A DNA stretch of 64,000 bases from Chthonomonadales bacterium. GTDB lineage: Bacteria > Armatimonadota > Chthonomonadetes > Chthonomonadales > CAJBBX01. The first letter of the stretch is position 1; each line of letters opens with the position of its first letter. This document shows positions 19,622 through 28,211 of the stretch, piece by piece. The DNA is taken from the NCBI GenBank assembly GCA_049967475.1, contig JBMFSQ010000012.1:1-64000 (forward strand), given 5' to 3'. The notes below the pieces were generated by a model. That model ran no database searches. It was not told the origin of the DNA and worked only from the letters and a program-made list of their open reading frames with translations. The position numbers were made by a program, and so were the translations under genes.

Positions 19622-20236
19622 CTATCTTCCGGCGCTTCCAGACTTTCCGCGTCGCTTCTGTGAAGTCTTGGAAGGCGGCGTCACCTCCCGCATGGAAACA
19701 ATCCGGTCGCCCTTGCGGATGCGGTTCACCACGTCCATCCCCGTGCGCACTTTGCCGAACACGCAATAATCTCCGTCCAGGCGGTGGTTGGGGGCCAAAT
19801 TGATGAACCACTGACTGTCGCCTGTGGCGCTCCGGGGAGCAGTGAGCGCAATGCCCAGGGTACCGGTTTCGTGGGTCAGCGCGTTCACCTCGAAGGGGAT
19901 ATTGTGGCCCGACCCACCGCCGCCGATACCTGCTTGGGCAAGTTCTTCATCGGACATGGCGCCGAGCTTTTCGGGTGTGTATTTTCGAGTGGCTGGATCA
20001 CCCGCTTGCACGACAAACCCAGGGACGACCCGGTGGATCAAGATGCCGTCGTAGAACTTCTTGCGGACGAGGGCGAGGAAGTGATCCACCGTTTTCGGAG
20101 CCTCTTTGGGAAAGAGCTCTATGATAACCGTTCCGCGGCCGGCTATCTTCATCGCAACGTTGGGGTTGCCGGCAACTGCCCGGCCGGGGCTGGAGCAGCC
20201 GAGCATAATGGCGAACAAGGCAATAGCAGGTCTCAC
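19622..20236 (-). CDS. Cyclophilin-type peptidyl-prolyl isomerase, exported (possible lipoprotein)
   Basis: APKTVDHF, FYDG, HRVVPGFVVQAGDP, SQWFINL, YCVFG; hydrophobic N-terminus ending MLGC. Confidence 0.92.
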   Translation of the reverse strand: MRPAIALFAIMLGCSSPGRAVAGNPNVAMKIAGRGTVIIELFPKEAPKTVDHFLALVRKKFYDGILIHRVVPGFVVQAGDPATRKYTPEKLGAMSDEELAQAGIGGGGSGHNIPFEVNALTHETGTLGIALTAPRSATGDSQWFINLAPNHRLDGDYCVFGKVRTGMDVVNRIRKGDRIVSMREVTPPSKTSQKRRGKSGSAGR

Positions 20237-20266
20237 AGATTTCGTACCCCCTCCTAATCGCCGGAT

Positions 20267-20959
20267 TTAGCGATTGATGACGATGCTTTGGATCGTGTCG
20301 CCCACGCGCACGGTGCTCAGCCGGTCGAGCCCGTCGAGCACGCGCCCAAACACGCAGTAGTCCCGGTCCAGGTTGTGGTTATTGTTGAGGTTGATGAAGA
20401 ACTGGCTGTCACCCGTGGCGCTTCGAGGAGCATTGAGCGCCATCGCGATGGAACCGTAAACGTTGTTGAGGTTGTTTTGCTCGAAGGGTATGGTCGTACC
20501 CGACCCGCCGCTTCCGATGCCGGCGCGGGTCATCTCATCCGGTCCCATCTTAGCGATTTGGGTCGCCGGATATTTGCGGGTCCCGGGGTCTCCCATCTGA
20601 AGGACGAAGGCCGGGACTACACGATGCACTTTGATGCCGTCGTAGAATTTGCGGTTCACCAGATCCACGAAGTGTGCCACGGTTTTGGGTGCTGCCGAGG
20701 GATAGAGCTCAAAGGGCCAGGATCCGCGACCCTCGATGGTTAAGGTACCTCGGATGGCCCCCGTCTTTGGCGCGGCAAAGGGATCTGGTACGATATGACC
20801 AGGAGCCGTAGCGCTCGCGGTGTCCGCAAGCATGGCATTGCGGCGCGCTTCTTCTCGTGCCACCGGGTCCGGCGTAAGGTCTTTGCTCTTCGGCTGAATT
20901 GCGATGGAGAGGGCGATACCGGCCAGTGCAATCAGCACGACGATTACGATAGCCCGCAT
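20267..20959 (-). CDS. Cyclophilin-type peptidyl-prolyl isomerase, membrane-anchored paralog
   Basis: APKTVAHF, HRVVPAFVLQMGDP, SQFFINL, YCVFG; ATG 20959 with AGAGG SD and an N-terminal hydrophobic helix. Confidence 0.92.
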   Translation of the reverse strand: MRAIVIVVLIALAGIALSIAIQPKSKDLTPDPVAREEARRNAMLADTASATAPGHIVPDPFAAPKTGAIRGTLTIEGRGSWPFELYPSAAPKTVAHFVDLVNRKFYDGIKVHRVVPAFVLQMGDPGTRKYPATQIAKMGPDEMTRAGIGSGGSGTTIPFEQNNLNNVYGSIAMALNAPRSATGDSQFFINLNNNHNLDRDYCVFGRVLDGLDRLSTVRVGDTIQSIVINR

Positions 20960-21097
20960 GATACACCTCTCTGAGCTTTGTGCACAGCCCGCAACGAACC
21001 GGTGGATGCTCTCGGTCATGCGGGTGTGGAGCACGCGAATGTCCCTGCCCCGCAGAGCTTGTCCCGGCGCGGGCGCACGGCGTGTCCGTAAACCGTA

Positions 21098-21106
21098 TGG
21101 TATAAT
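21098..21106 (+). promoter_or_regulatory. Extended -10 promoter (TGGTATAAT) upstream of hisF
   Basis: TGnTATAAT about 100 nt upstream of the hisF start. Confidence 0.65.
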
Positions 21107-21130
21107 ACCCTTCACCGCCGGGACCGCTGA

Positions 21131-21165
21131 AGGCGCAGGGGCTCCTTCTGCGGCCTTTGTTGTTT
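21131..21165 (+). terminator. Terminator-like hairpin in the hisF leader
   Basis: AGGCGCAGGGG/CCTTCTGCGGCCT imperfect stem followed by TTGTTGTTT. Confidence 0.45.
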
Positions 21166-21203
21166 ACGGATGAAGCGGCATTGGTTGTGCCCGGAGCCCG
21201 CTT

Positions 21204-22001
21204 GTGTTGGCCAAACGCATCATACCGTGCCTCGACGTCAAAGAAGGTCGTGTCGTCAAAGGCGTCCATTTCGTGAACCTCAGGGATGCCGGAGACCCCG
21301 TGGAACTGGCTGCCCAATACGACGCCATGGGTGCCGACGAACTGGTATTTTTGGATATCACAGCAAGCCATGAAAAGCGGGATCTCATCTACGAGGTGGC
21401 GGAACGCGTTGCCGAACAGGTTTTTATTCCCTTCACTGTAGGCGGCGGCATCAGGACGGTGGAGGATTTCCGGCGCATCTTGAATGCTGGTGCAGACAAA
21501 GTGTCCATCAACACCGCAGCCGTTCACAACCCAGAACTCATCACCGAGGCGGCACGCCAATTCGGGAGCCAATGCGTAGTCGTGGCGATAGACCCGAAGA
21601 AGATTGGCCATTACGCCAGCGGTTCCCCTCGTTGGGAGGTCTTTGTGAACGGCGGCCGCACGCCTACCGGGCTCGATGCCCTAGATTGGGCCGCCCGCGT
21701 GCAGGACCTAGGCGCCGGAGAGATCCTCCTTACGAGTATGGACCGGGACGGCACACAGGAGGGGTACGACATCGAGCTTACGCGCGCTGTGGTGGAACGT
21801 GTGTCCATCCCCGTCATTGCTTCGGGAGGCGCCGGCACCCCAGAGCACTGCCGTGCGGCGTTGGCCGATGCTGGAGCCGACGCCGCGCTCGTCGCGTCCA
21901 TCGTACATGACGGAAAGTTCACCATCGGCCAAATCAAGGAGTACCTGCACGCTCATGGAGTGTGTGTGCGGCTTCAGAGGCAACTTACGGAGGAAGCATG
22001 A
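21204..22001 (+). CDS. hisF: Imidazole glycerol phosphate synthase cyclase subunit
   Basis: [44 protein letters not shown]. Confidence 0.97.
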   Translation: MLAKRIIPCLDVKEGRVVKGVHFVNLRDAGDPVELAAQYDAMGADELVFLDITASHEKRDLIYEVAERVAEQVFIPFTVGGGIRTVEDFRRILNAGADKVSINTAAVHNPELITEAARQFGSQCVVVAIDPKKIGHYASGSPRWEVFVNGGRTPTGLDALDWAARVQDLGAGEILLTSMDRDGTQEGYDIELTRAVVERVSIPVIASGGAGTPEHCRAALADAGADAALVASIVHDGKFTIGQIKEYLHAHGVCVRLQRQLTEEA

Positions 22002-22192
22002 CGGTCGGCATTTTCCCTGGCTCCCCCCGAGGCGAGGATAACGGCTCCGCGGCCGTCATGCGGCAGGCGAGGCAGCCGGCTCCTTTGCATCCGGGAACGC
22101 AGCCGGTTTGTTCATTGCAGCGTTCGGGATGCGGGCCCATCGAGGGGAACTGGGCAAATAGCTGGAAACGCTGAATGGGCTAGGAGGAGAGA

Positions 22193-22621
22193 TTGTCGGC
22201 ACTGGAATTGTTGAAGTTCGATGCCAACGGATTGATCCCCGCTGTGGTGCAGGATGCCCGCACGCGCGCCGTACTCATGCTGGGATACATGAACCGGCAG
22301 GCGCTGGAGCGCACGATTGAGACAGGGCGCGTAACTTTTTGGAGCCGCTCCCGCAGCACCTACTGGGTGAAGGGTGAGACGTCAGGGAACTACCTCAACG
22401 TGACATCCATCCGCGTGAATTGTGAGTTGAATTCCCTGCTCGTAGAAGTGGAGCCGCTGGGTCCGACATGCCACGAGGGCTATCAATCCTGTTATTTCCG
22501 CAGATTGACGGCGGATGCAACATATTGGGAGATCACCGACGAGCAGATCAAGACACCGGCCGAGTTGTACGGCCATGTTTCATCACAGACCGAAGGAGCC
22601 ACCGGCGCCCGGTCGGATTAG
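22193..22621 (+). CDS. hisI: Phosphoribosyl-AMP cyclohydrolase
   Basis: GLIPAVVQD, FWSRSR, WVKGETSG, NCELNS, PTCHEGYQSCY; AGGAGG SD. Confidence 0.93.
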   Translation: MSALELLKFDANGLIPAVVQDARTRAVLMLGYMNRQALERTIETGRVTFWSRSRSTYWVKGETSGNYLNVTSIRVNCELNSLLVEVEPLGPTCHEGYQSCYFRRLTADATYWEITDEQIKTPAELYGHVSSQTEGATGARSD

Positions 22622-22659
22622 CGACGTCGCTGCGGCGAAACTGGGAGGTGCGGCGGAGG

Positions 22660-25600
22660 ATGAATAGGGGATTGAGAGGGGTGGCGGGATTTCTGGCGCT
22701 CTTTGCCGCCTTAGGCGCCAGTGCCTCGGTTCCCCGGTACGACGACATCATGCCTCTGAGCCAGGTGCGTGCCGGTATGGAGGGATATGGCCTAACCGTA
22801 TTCCGCGGCACGCGCATCGAGCGGTTTCGCGTGCGTGTGGTAGCCGTCATTCGGAAGGGAAGCTGGATCGTGCCGGGGCACGATATGATCCTCGTGCGCA
22901 TGTGGGGCGGCCCCATGACGTTTCCTCGACGGGCGAACGCCATTCGAGGCATGAGCGGCAGCCCCATCTACGTACACGGCAAGATCATAGGAGCCTTCTC
23001 ACAAGCGGAGCCCACGGCCAAGGAGCCCCTCGGCGGTGTTACGCCTATAGAGGACATGCTGGAGGCATGGGATCCCAAGCTTCCCGCCACTCCCGTTGCT
23101 GCGCGAACGCCTGGGGGCGTGCAGACGGCCCGCCTGGATCCGCCGATAAGGGTAGGGGGCCGTACAATTCGCCGGGTTGTGTACAACCTACCGCCTTCGG
23201 CCAATCCCCGGTTCACCCGCGACACACTGGCTTTGCGGCCGTGCGCTACCTCTATGACGTTTACCTCCATCAGCGCTGCCGCCAGAAGCAAGCTCGCATC
23301 GGCATTGGCACCCTACAACGTGGAGCTGGCTCCCGGTGCCCAGGGAGGAGCCAAGCCGGGCTTCAAGGGCGCACCTCTCGTGCCGGGAGCTGCCTTCAGC
23401 ATGATGCTGGTTACAGGAGACATCTCAGCGGGCGCCACGGGCACTGTTACGTACCGGAAGGGGAACCGCATTCTGGGTTTCGGCCATCCGTTCCTGGATA
23501 TCGGTCCAATCGAGGCCCCCCTTGCTTCCGCCTATATCTACGACGTCTACCCGCTCCTGGCCGGGTCCTATAAAATCGCGGGTGAGGGACCGGTTGTGGG
23601 CGCGTCTACTCAGGACCGTGATTTTTCGGTTAGCGGCATCCTCGGAAAGGGACCGGCTACCATCCCCATCTCCGTGGATGTGACGGACCGTACCACAGGG
23701 CGGCACAAGCTCTACCACGCGCAGGCTGTGGCCCATCCCAATCTGTATTCCGCGCTGGTGTCCGCAACTGTGGAGGCAGCCATTGCAGATCTCCACAGCA
23801 ATCCCGGACCCGTAATGGCTCACGTCCGCACCACGGTGGATGCCGACGAGATGGGGGTAATCACACGAACCAATACGGTATTCGACAGCCGTTCGATAGA
23901 AGCGTCGGCGGCGGCGGATTTGGATGAGATCCTCAATATCCTCACGGGTAATCCCTTCTATCCGCTGGGCATCAAGAGCGCGGATGTGAAGGTGGAGATC
24001 GAACCGGGGCACCAGACAGCGCAGATCGAGCGCATCTTCGTGAAGGAAGGGAAGTTTCGTCCAGGCGACACGGTGGACGTGGGGGTAGTGTTGAAGCCCT
24101 ACAAGCAGGCGCCCGTCACGCGAGTGATGCACCTGACGATTCCGCGATCGGTGCCCTCGGGCCGGTACATTCTTCAGGTGCAGGGCGGTTCCGCCCCTTC
24201 GGCCATCAGGATCGGGAACCTCGTATTTCGGGCATCGCCTCAACCAAACCCGCAAGAGGCTCCTCCAACGAGCATCCGCCAGATGGTGACCCGATACTTG
24301 GAGCGCGAGACGAACAACCAAGTGGTGGCTCGCCTCTTGTTGCCGACCGCCTCGGTGTCTGTAGATGGCCGCAAGTTGCGAAACCTTCCTCCGCCGATAG
24401 ACGTTCTGATGAGGTCTCCAAAGACCTCCGGAGTGTATCTCGATCGGGATGACGTTCGGGATGTTGCTACTCTAGATTGGGTCGTGACCGGCATGCAGAC
24501 GCTTGCATTGAACATCGAGCGCCGGGATCTTCGAGATAGCCCGAGCGCACCGCAAGCGCCTTCTATTCAGCCGACGCCGGGAACGCCTCCTCCGGCCTCG
24601 TCTGTCACGCCTGCGGCCAGCGATTTCAGCGCCGGGGCCGATGATGAGGCTTCTGCTGCTTACGGTACTGAACATTCGACAACTCCCTTCACGGCCGGCA
24701 ACCGTGCGTACGACACGCCGGCTCTAAAATCGCCTGCGGGCCGGCAAGGAAGCAATCCGAAGGGAACGCCTGCCAAGTCTGCACCGGCAGCGAACCCGAC
24801 GGCACCCGCCACCGAAAAAGAGGCGTTGGGCCAGGAGGCTCCCGCAACCCAGTCCGAAAAGCCTGTTGCCCGCACCCCGGTCGTTTGGAGGCAGCTATTG
24901 CGCACGGACTTTGCCAAAGGCGTAGGCGACGGGGTTGCAGTAGACTCGCTTGGCGACATGTGCCTGTGCCCAAACCTTAAACTGTTTGCATCGTCTTCGG
25001 AAGCCTACCTGTGGTCCCTTGTTGCAGACGGCAACGGCGGTTTGTACGCCGGAACAGGCGTTCAGGGCCGCATCCTTCACATAGATGCTTCAGGCCATGT
25101 TGAGGTTGTTGCTCAGTTACCGGCGGTAAACGTCCATAGGCTGCTGGTGGAACGCGATGGGACGATGGTTGCCGGTACGGGTCCCGACGGGAAAACATTC
25201 CGAGTGACGCGGGACGGAAAGGCACAACTGGTGCACCAGGCTCCGCAAAGCTATGTGCTTGCGTTGGCCTACGATGATAAGGGAAACCTCTTTCTGGGCA
25301 CAGGAGGAGGTGAAGGGGTCATCTATCGCATCGCGCCAGGAGGCTCGGGTGCTCTTGTTTTGGACACGCACCAGCAGCATGTGATGGCCCTAACAGTGGA
25401 CCGTGCCGGCAACCTCTATGCAGGAACTTCGGGGGATGGGATTGTTTACCGAATGGACCCATCGGGGCACGCTGCCGTACTCTTCAGCGTCCCAACGTCC
25501 AGCGTGACGTCTCTTGCGCTCAACAGCAAGGGGGTCCTTTACGCAGGCACGGCTCCGCGAGGGGCTGTGTATCGGATCAACCCCGATGGTTCAGCGAAGA

Positions 25601-26949
25601 CCGTGCTGGAAACCTCGGCAGGCGTCAATGCGCTATGCTGTGCTCCGGACGATACGGTTTATGCTGCCGCGGGGAGTACGCTTTATGCCATCGGCCCAGA
25701 TGACGTCACGATGCCATTGGGTATCAGCCGGGATGTTGATTTGGTCTCCGTCTGTTGCACCCCCGCAGGCGGTGTGTACGCTGGGACAGGGAATGCCGGC
25801 GACATTTATGTTGCCCCGGCGCCGGAAGCCCGCCGGGAAGGCACCTTCCTTTCGGCAGTGCACGACACGCATCTCGTGTCCACCTGGGGAACCATCCGGT
25901 GGTTTGGGACGGAACCGGCTGGTACGCACGTGTCTGTGCAGACACGCTCCGGCGATAGCCCCGAACCCGACGTTACATGGAGCCCCTGGTCCGCCCCGCA
26001 AGGATCATCATCGGAACAGAGGGTAGCCAGTCCTCCGGCGCGCTTCATTCAATACCGCCTAATACTCAGCTCGGAAAAAGTCGGTATCAGCCCCACGGTG
26101 CGCAGCGTTGAGATTGGGTACCTCAACCGCAACCAGGCGCCAAAGGTGTCTTTCGTGAGCCCCGCCGGGGGAGAGGTGTGGGCCGGAACGCAGACGCTCA
26201 AGTGGCAGGGGTCGGACCCGGACGGTGATGCCCTCAGCTACGACGTATTTTACAGTTCCGATGGAGGCGCCCATTGGAGCCCGCTTCCCGTGGCAAACCG
26301 TCCATCAGTTCAACCGTCCAGCCCGCCTGCATCCCCATCGCGCCCACGCCCAGCCACTGTTGCGGAGGTGCAGGCAATGCTGGATCAGCATCCCGACATG
26401 CCGGCAGCGCTTCGCGAGCAGATTTTGGCACGCACGAAGGAGGCGAATGACGCGTACAACAAAAAGACCCAAACCCCACCGCAGGCGCCGCCTCCTCAGG
26501 TGGGGTCACCTCTGCGGACAGGCAGTTTGGCCTTCGACACGCGCAGACTGGCCGATGGGCTCTACTGCTTCAAGGTGGTTGCAAGCGACAGGCCGGCCAA
26601 CGCCGTAGGTGCGCTTTCTGCCGACGCCGTGTCGGAACCCGTAACCGTTTGCAACGCAGTCCCGCAGATCGTGATGCTTGAATCCGGCCAGAAGACCGAA
26701 GCCAACGGTTCCGTCATTATGGAAGGTGTGGCGCTCCAGAAAGGCGTCGTCATAACCGCCGTGCAGTTCCGTGTGGACGGAGGCGAATGGTTGGCAGCAG
26801 CGCCCGCAGACGGCATCTTCGACAGCTCCTTGGAACGCTTCCGCATCGAAACGGGACCGCTTTCCAAGGGGTCCCATTCCATCGAGGTCAAGGCCTTTAA
26901 CGCTGCAGGTAACAGCTCGACCGACAAGTGCACCGTGGAAGTGAAGTAG
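22660..26949 (+). CDS. Large secreted SpoIVB-like (S55) serine peptidase fused to beta-propeller and Ig/FN3-like domains
   Basis: Signal peptide from ATG 22660 (GGAGG SD); GYGLTVF, GMSGSPIY, GTVTY...FGHPF; Pro/Ser/Ala linker; repeated LYAGTG-like blades; NQAPKV...DPDGDALSY. Confidence 0.8.
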   Translation: MNRGLRGVAGFLALFAALGASASVPRYDDIMPLSQVRAGMEGYGLTVFRGTRIERFRVRVVAVIRKGSWIVPGHDMILVRMWGGPMTFPRRANAIRGMSGSPIYVHGKIIGAFSQAEPTAKEPLGGVTPIEDMLEAWDPKLPATPVAARTPGGVQTARLDPPIRVGGRTIRRVVYNLPPSANPRFTRDTLALRPCATSMTFTSISAAARSKLASALAPYNVELAPGAQGGAKPGFKGAPLVPGAAFSMMLVTGDISAGATGTVTYRKGNRILGFGHPFLDIGPIEAPLASAYIYDVYPLLAGSYKIAGEGPVVGASTQDRDFSVSGILGKGPATIPISVDVTDRTTGRHKLYHAQAVAHPNLYSALVSATVEAAIADLHSNPGPVMAHVRTTVDADEMGVITRTNTVFDSRSIEASAAADLDEILNILTGNPFYPLGIKSADVKVEIEPGHQTAQIERIFVKEGKFRPGDTVDVGVVLKPYKQAPVTRVMHLTIPRSVPSGRYILQVQGGSAPSAIRIGNLVFRASPQPNPQEAPPTSIRQMVTRYLERETNNQVVARLLLPTASVSVDGRKLRNLPPPIDVLMRSPKTSGVYLDRDDVRDVATLDWVVTGMQTLALNIERRDLRDSPSAPQAPSIQPTPGTPPPASSVTPAASDFSAGADDEASAAYGTEHSTTPFTAGNRAYDTPALKSPAGRQGSNPKGTPAKSAPAANPTAPATEKEALGQEAPATQSEKPVARTPVVWRQLLRTDFAKGVGDGVAVDSLGDMCLCPNLKLFASSSEAYLWSLVADGNGGLYAGTGVQGRILHIDASGHVEVVAQLPAVNVHRLLVERDGTMVAGTGPDGKTFRVTRDGKAQLVHQAPQSYVLALAYDDKGNLFLGTGGGEGVIYRIAPGGSGALVLDTHQQHVMALTVDRAGNLYAGTSGDGIVYRMDPSGHAAVLFSVPTSSVTSLALNSKGVLYAGTAPRGAVYRINPDGSAKTVLETSAGVNALCCAPDDTVYAAAGSTLYAIGPDDVTMPLGISRDVDLVSVCCTPAGGVYAGTGNAGDIYVAPAPEARREGTFLSAVHDTHLVSTWGTIRWFGTEPAGTHVSVQTRSGDSPEPDVTWSPWSAPQGSSSEQRVASPPARFIQYRLILSSEKVGISPTVRSVEIGYLNRNQAPKVSFVSPAGGEVWAGTQTLKWQGSDPDGDALSYDVFYSSDGGAHWSPLPVANRPSVQPSSPPASPSRPRPATVAEVQAMLDQHPDMPAALREQILARTKEANDAYNKKTQTPPQAPPPQVGSPLRTGSLAFDTRRLADGLYCFKVVASDRPANAVGALSADAVSEPVTVCNAVPQIVMLESGQKTEANGSVIMEGVALQKGVVITAVQFRVDGGEWLAAAPADGIFDSSLERFRIETGPLSKGSHSIEVKAFNAAGNSSTDKCTVEVK

Positions 26950-27087
26950 AGCGGGCCAGTTATCCGTCGGGCCGAGGCTGATAAGGCGACGCCGCAAACA
27001 CCCAGGTTCGTCGCCGACGGTTCCATTGCATTGGGCAAGGGCGGGAGAGTGCTTCCGGCATCCTTGTCGTTCCGTCGAAGCGGGGCA

Positions 27088-27933
27088 TCAGATGGGTATA
27101 TGGCTCTTGCGGAACTGGGGCCAAACGGTGCGGCGCCACGCGATCGCCTTTTGGGCCTGACACCACATGCCGGCACTGCGCAAAGCCTCCTCGATGCGGT
27201 CCCAATTCCTGCCGGCGCTCTCCTCGGCGAGCCAGTAACAGAGCTCGTAATCTACCACATAAGGCGGCACGTCCGGATGTGCAAGGAGGGCGTGGAGCTT
27301 GACGGAGCCTTCGCTCGGAAAGCGGTACGAGAGACCGCGCCGGTGCGGCGAAGCCAGGAGCCAAGACACTGCAAAGGGGCTGGGTTCAACACCGAACCGG
27401 GGCGCAAGCACTCCAACACGCTCCGCAAGGTCGCGGCAGCTTCGGTATCCGGGACGCTCCAGAAAGCTCATCCATACGCGGTTGTGGGTGTCGCCTCGGA
27501 CTACACGTGCGTGGACCATGCCCGCCATTCGGTCTTCGAAGAACTGCTCCCAATGGTTGTTGCGCCACACTGCGGCCGCTTCTTCTACATGGAGGCAACC
27601 TCGGCGCTCCATTTCGCTCTCGATGACCCGTCCACGATGCGGAGAAGAATGGAGTTTGGGCAAGCCGGACCCGTATCCGTGGACATAGTGGACCAATTCG
27701 TGAAGGAGTGTGGCATCCACTACGAATTCGGGCACCTCCGGATCGGCAAAGAGGCCGTTCACGCGGATCCGGCATTGGCAACCCACGTTGAATATGGAAC
27801 CATACCGTGTACGGGCAGGGCGGCCGAATTCCACTCGAATGGGATAGCCCACGGGCGCATCGCTGAAATAGCGCGTCCAGAGCAGCTCCAGACGATCCTT
27901 GAGCCACTCTGTGGTGCGGCGGGCCGTTGGCAT
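27088..27933 (-). CDS. SprT-like zinc metalloprotease with an internally duplicated, degenerate second domain
   Basis: FGRPARTRYGSI...HELVH...H in the N-half; the C-half repeats it without HExxH; ATG 27933 with GGAG SD. Confidence 0.7.
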   Translation of the reverse strand: MPTARRTTEWLKDRLELLWTRYFSDAPVGYPIRVEFGRPARTRYGSIFNVGCQCRIRVNGLFADPEVPEFVVDATLLHELVHYVHGYGSGLPKLHSSPHRGRVIESEMERRGCLHVEEAAAVWRNNHWEQFFEDRMAGMVHARVVRGDTHNRVWMSFLERPGYRSCRDLAERVGVLAPRFGVEPSPFAVSWLLASPHRRGLSYRFPSEGSVKLHALLAHPDVPPYVVDYELCYWLAEESAGRNWDRIEEALRSAGMWCQAQKAIAWRRTVWPQFRKSHIPI

Positions 27934-28118
27934 GGTTCTCTCCCGTAGCAAGAGTGCCTGTTCTCCCGGCCGGGCATAGCGCTCCGCGGTCGGACAACCG
28001 GCAGGACGTGCTAATTGCGTTCCGGACCGGCGGGCACATCCGGAATTCCGGCGAATGCTGACCCAGTATACAGATTGGCCGCGATCCGGTCAAGGGCTGG
28101 AATTGGCTGCCCGGCGAT

Positions 28119-28146
28119 GGAAACTCTTCGTATTGCCGCTGCGTCT
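28119..28146 (+). promoter_or_regulatory. Candidate ECF sigma promoter (GGAAAC-N17-CGTC)
   Basis: Matches the general ECF -35 AAC / -10 CGT pattern; ends 66 nt upstream of ATG 28212. Confidence 0.4.
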
Positions 28147-28211
28147 CTATAGCTGGAGGCGGATGCCAAATCGGCCACGATTTTCCTCGACTAGGCGCAG
28201 CGAAGGGAGCC

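Noticed and set aside
22468..22659. N-terminal extension of the 1493-aa ORF
   Set aside because: Overlaps hisI; ATG 22660 has a GGAGG SD and a signal peptide. Similar upstream extensions were trimmed for several other ORF-track entries.
27031..27948. 305-aa plus-strand ORF
   Set aside because: Opposite the SprT-like gene, which has HExxH and an internal repeat; this frame has no motif
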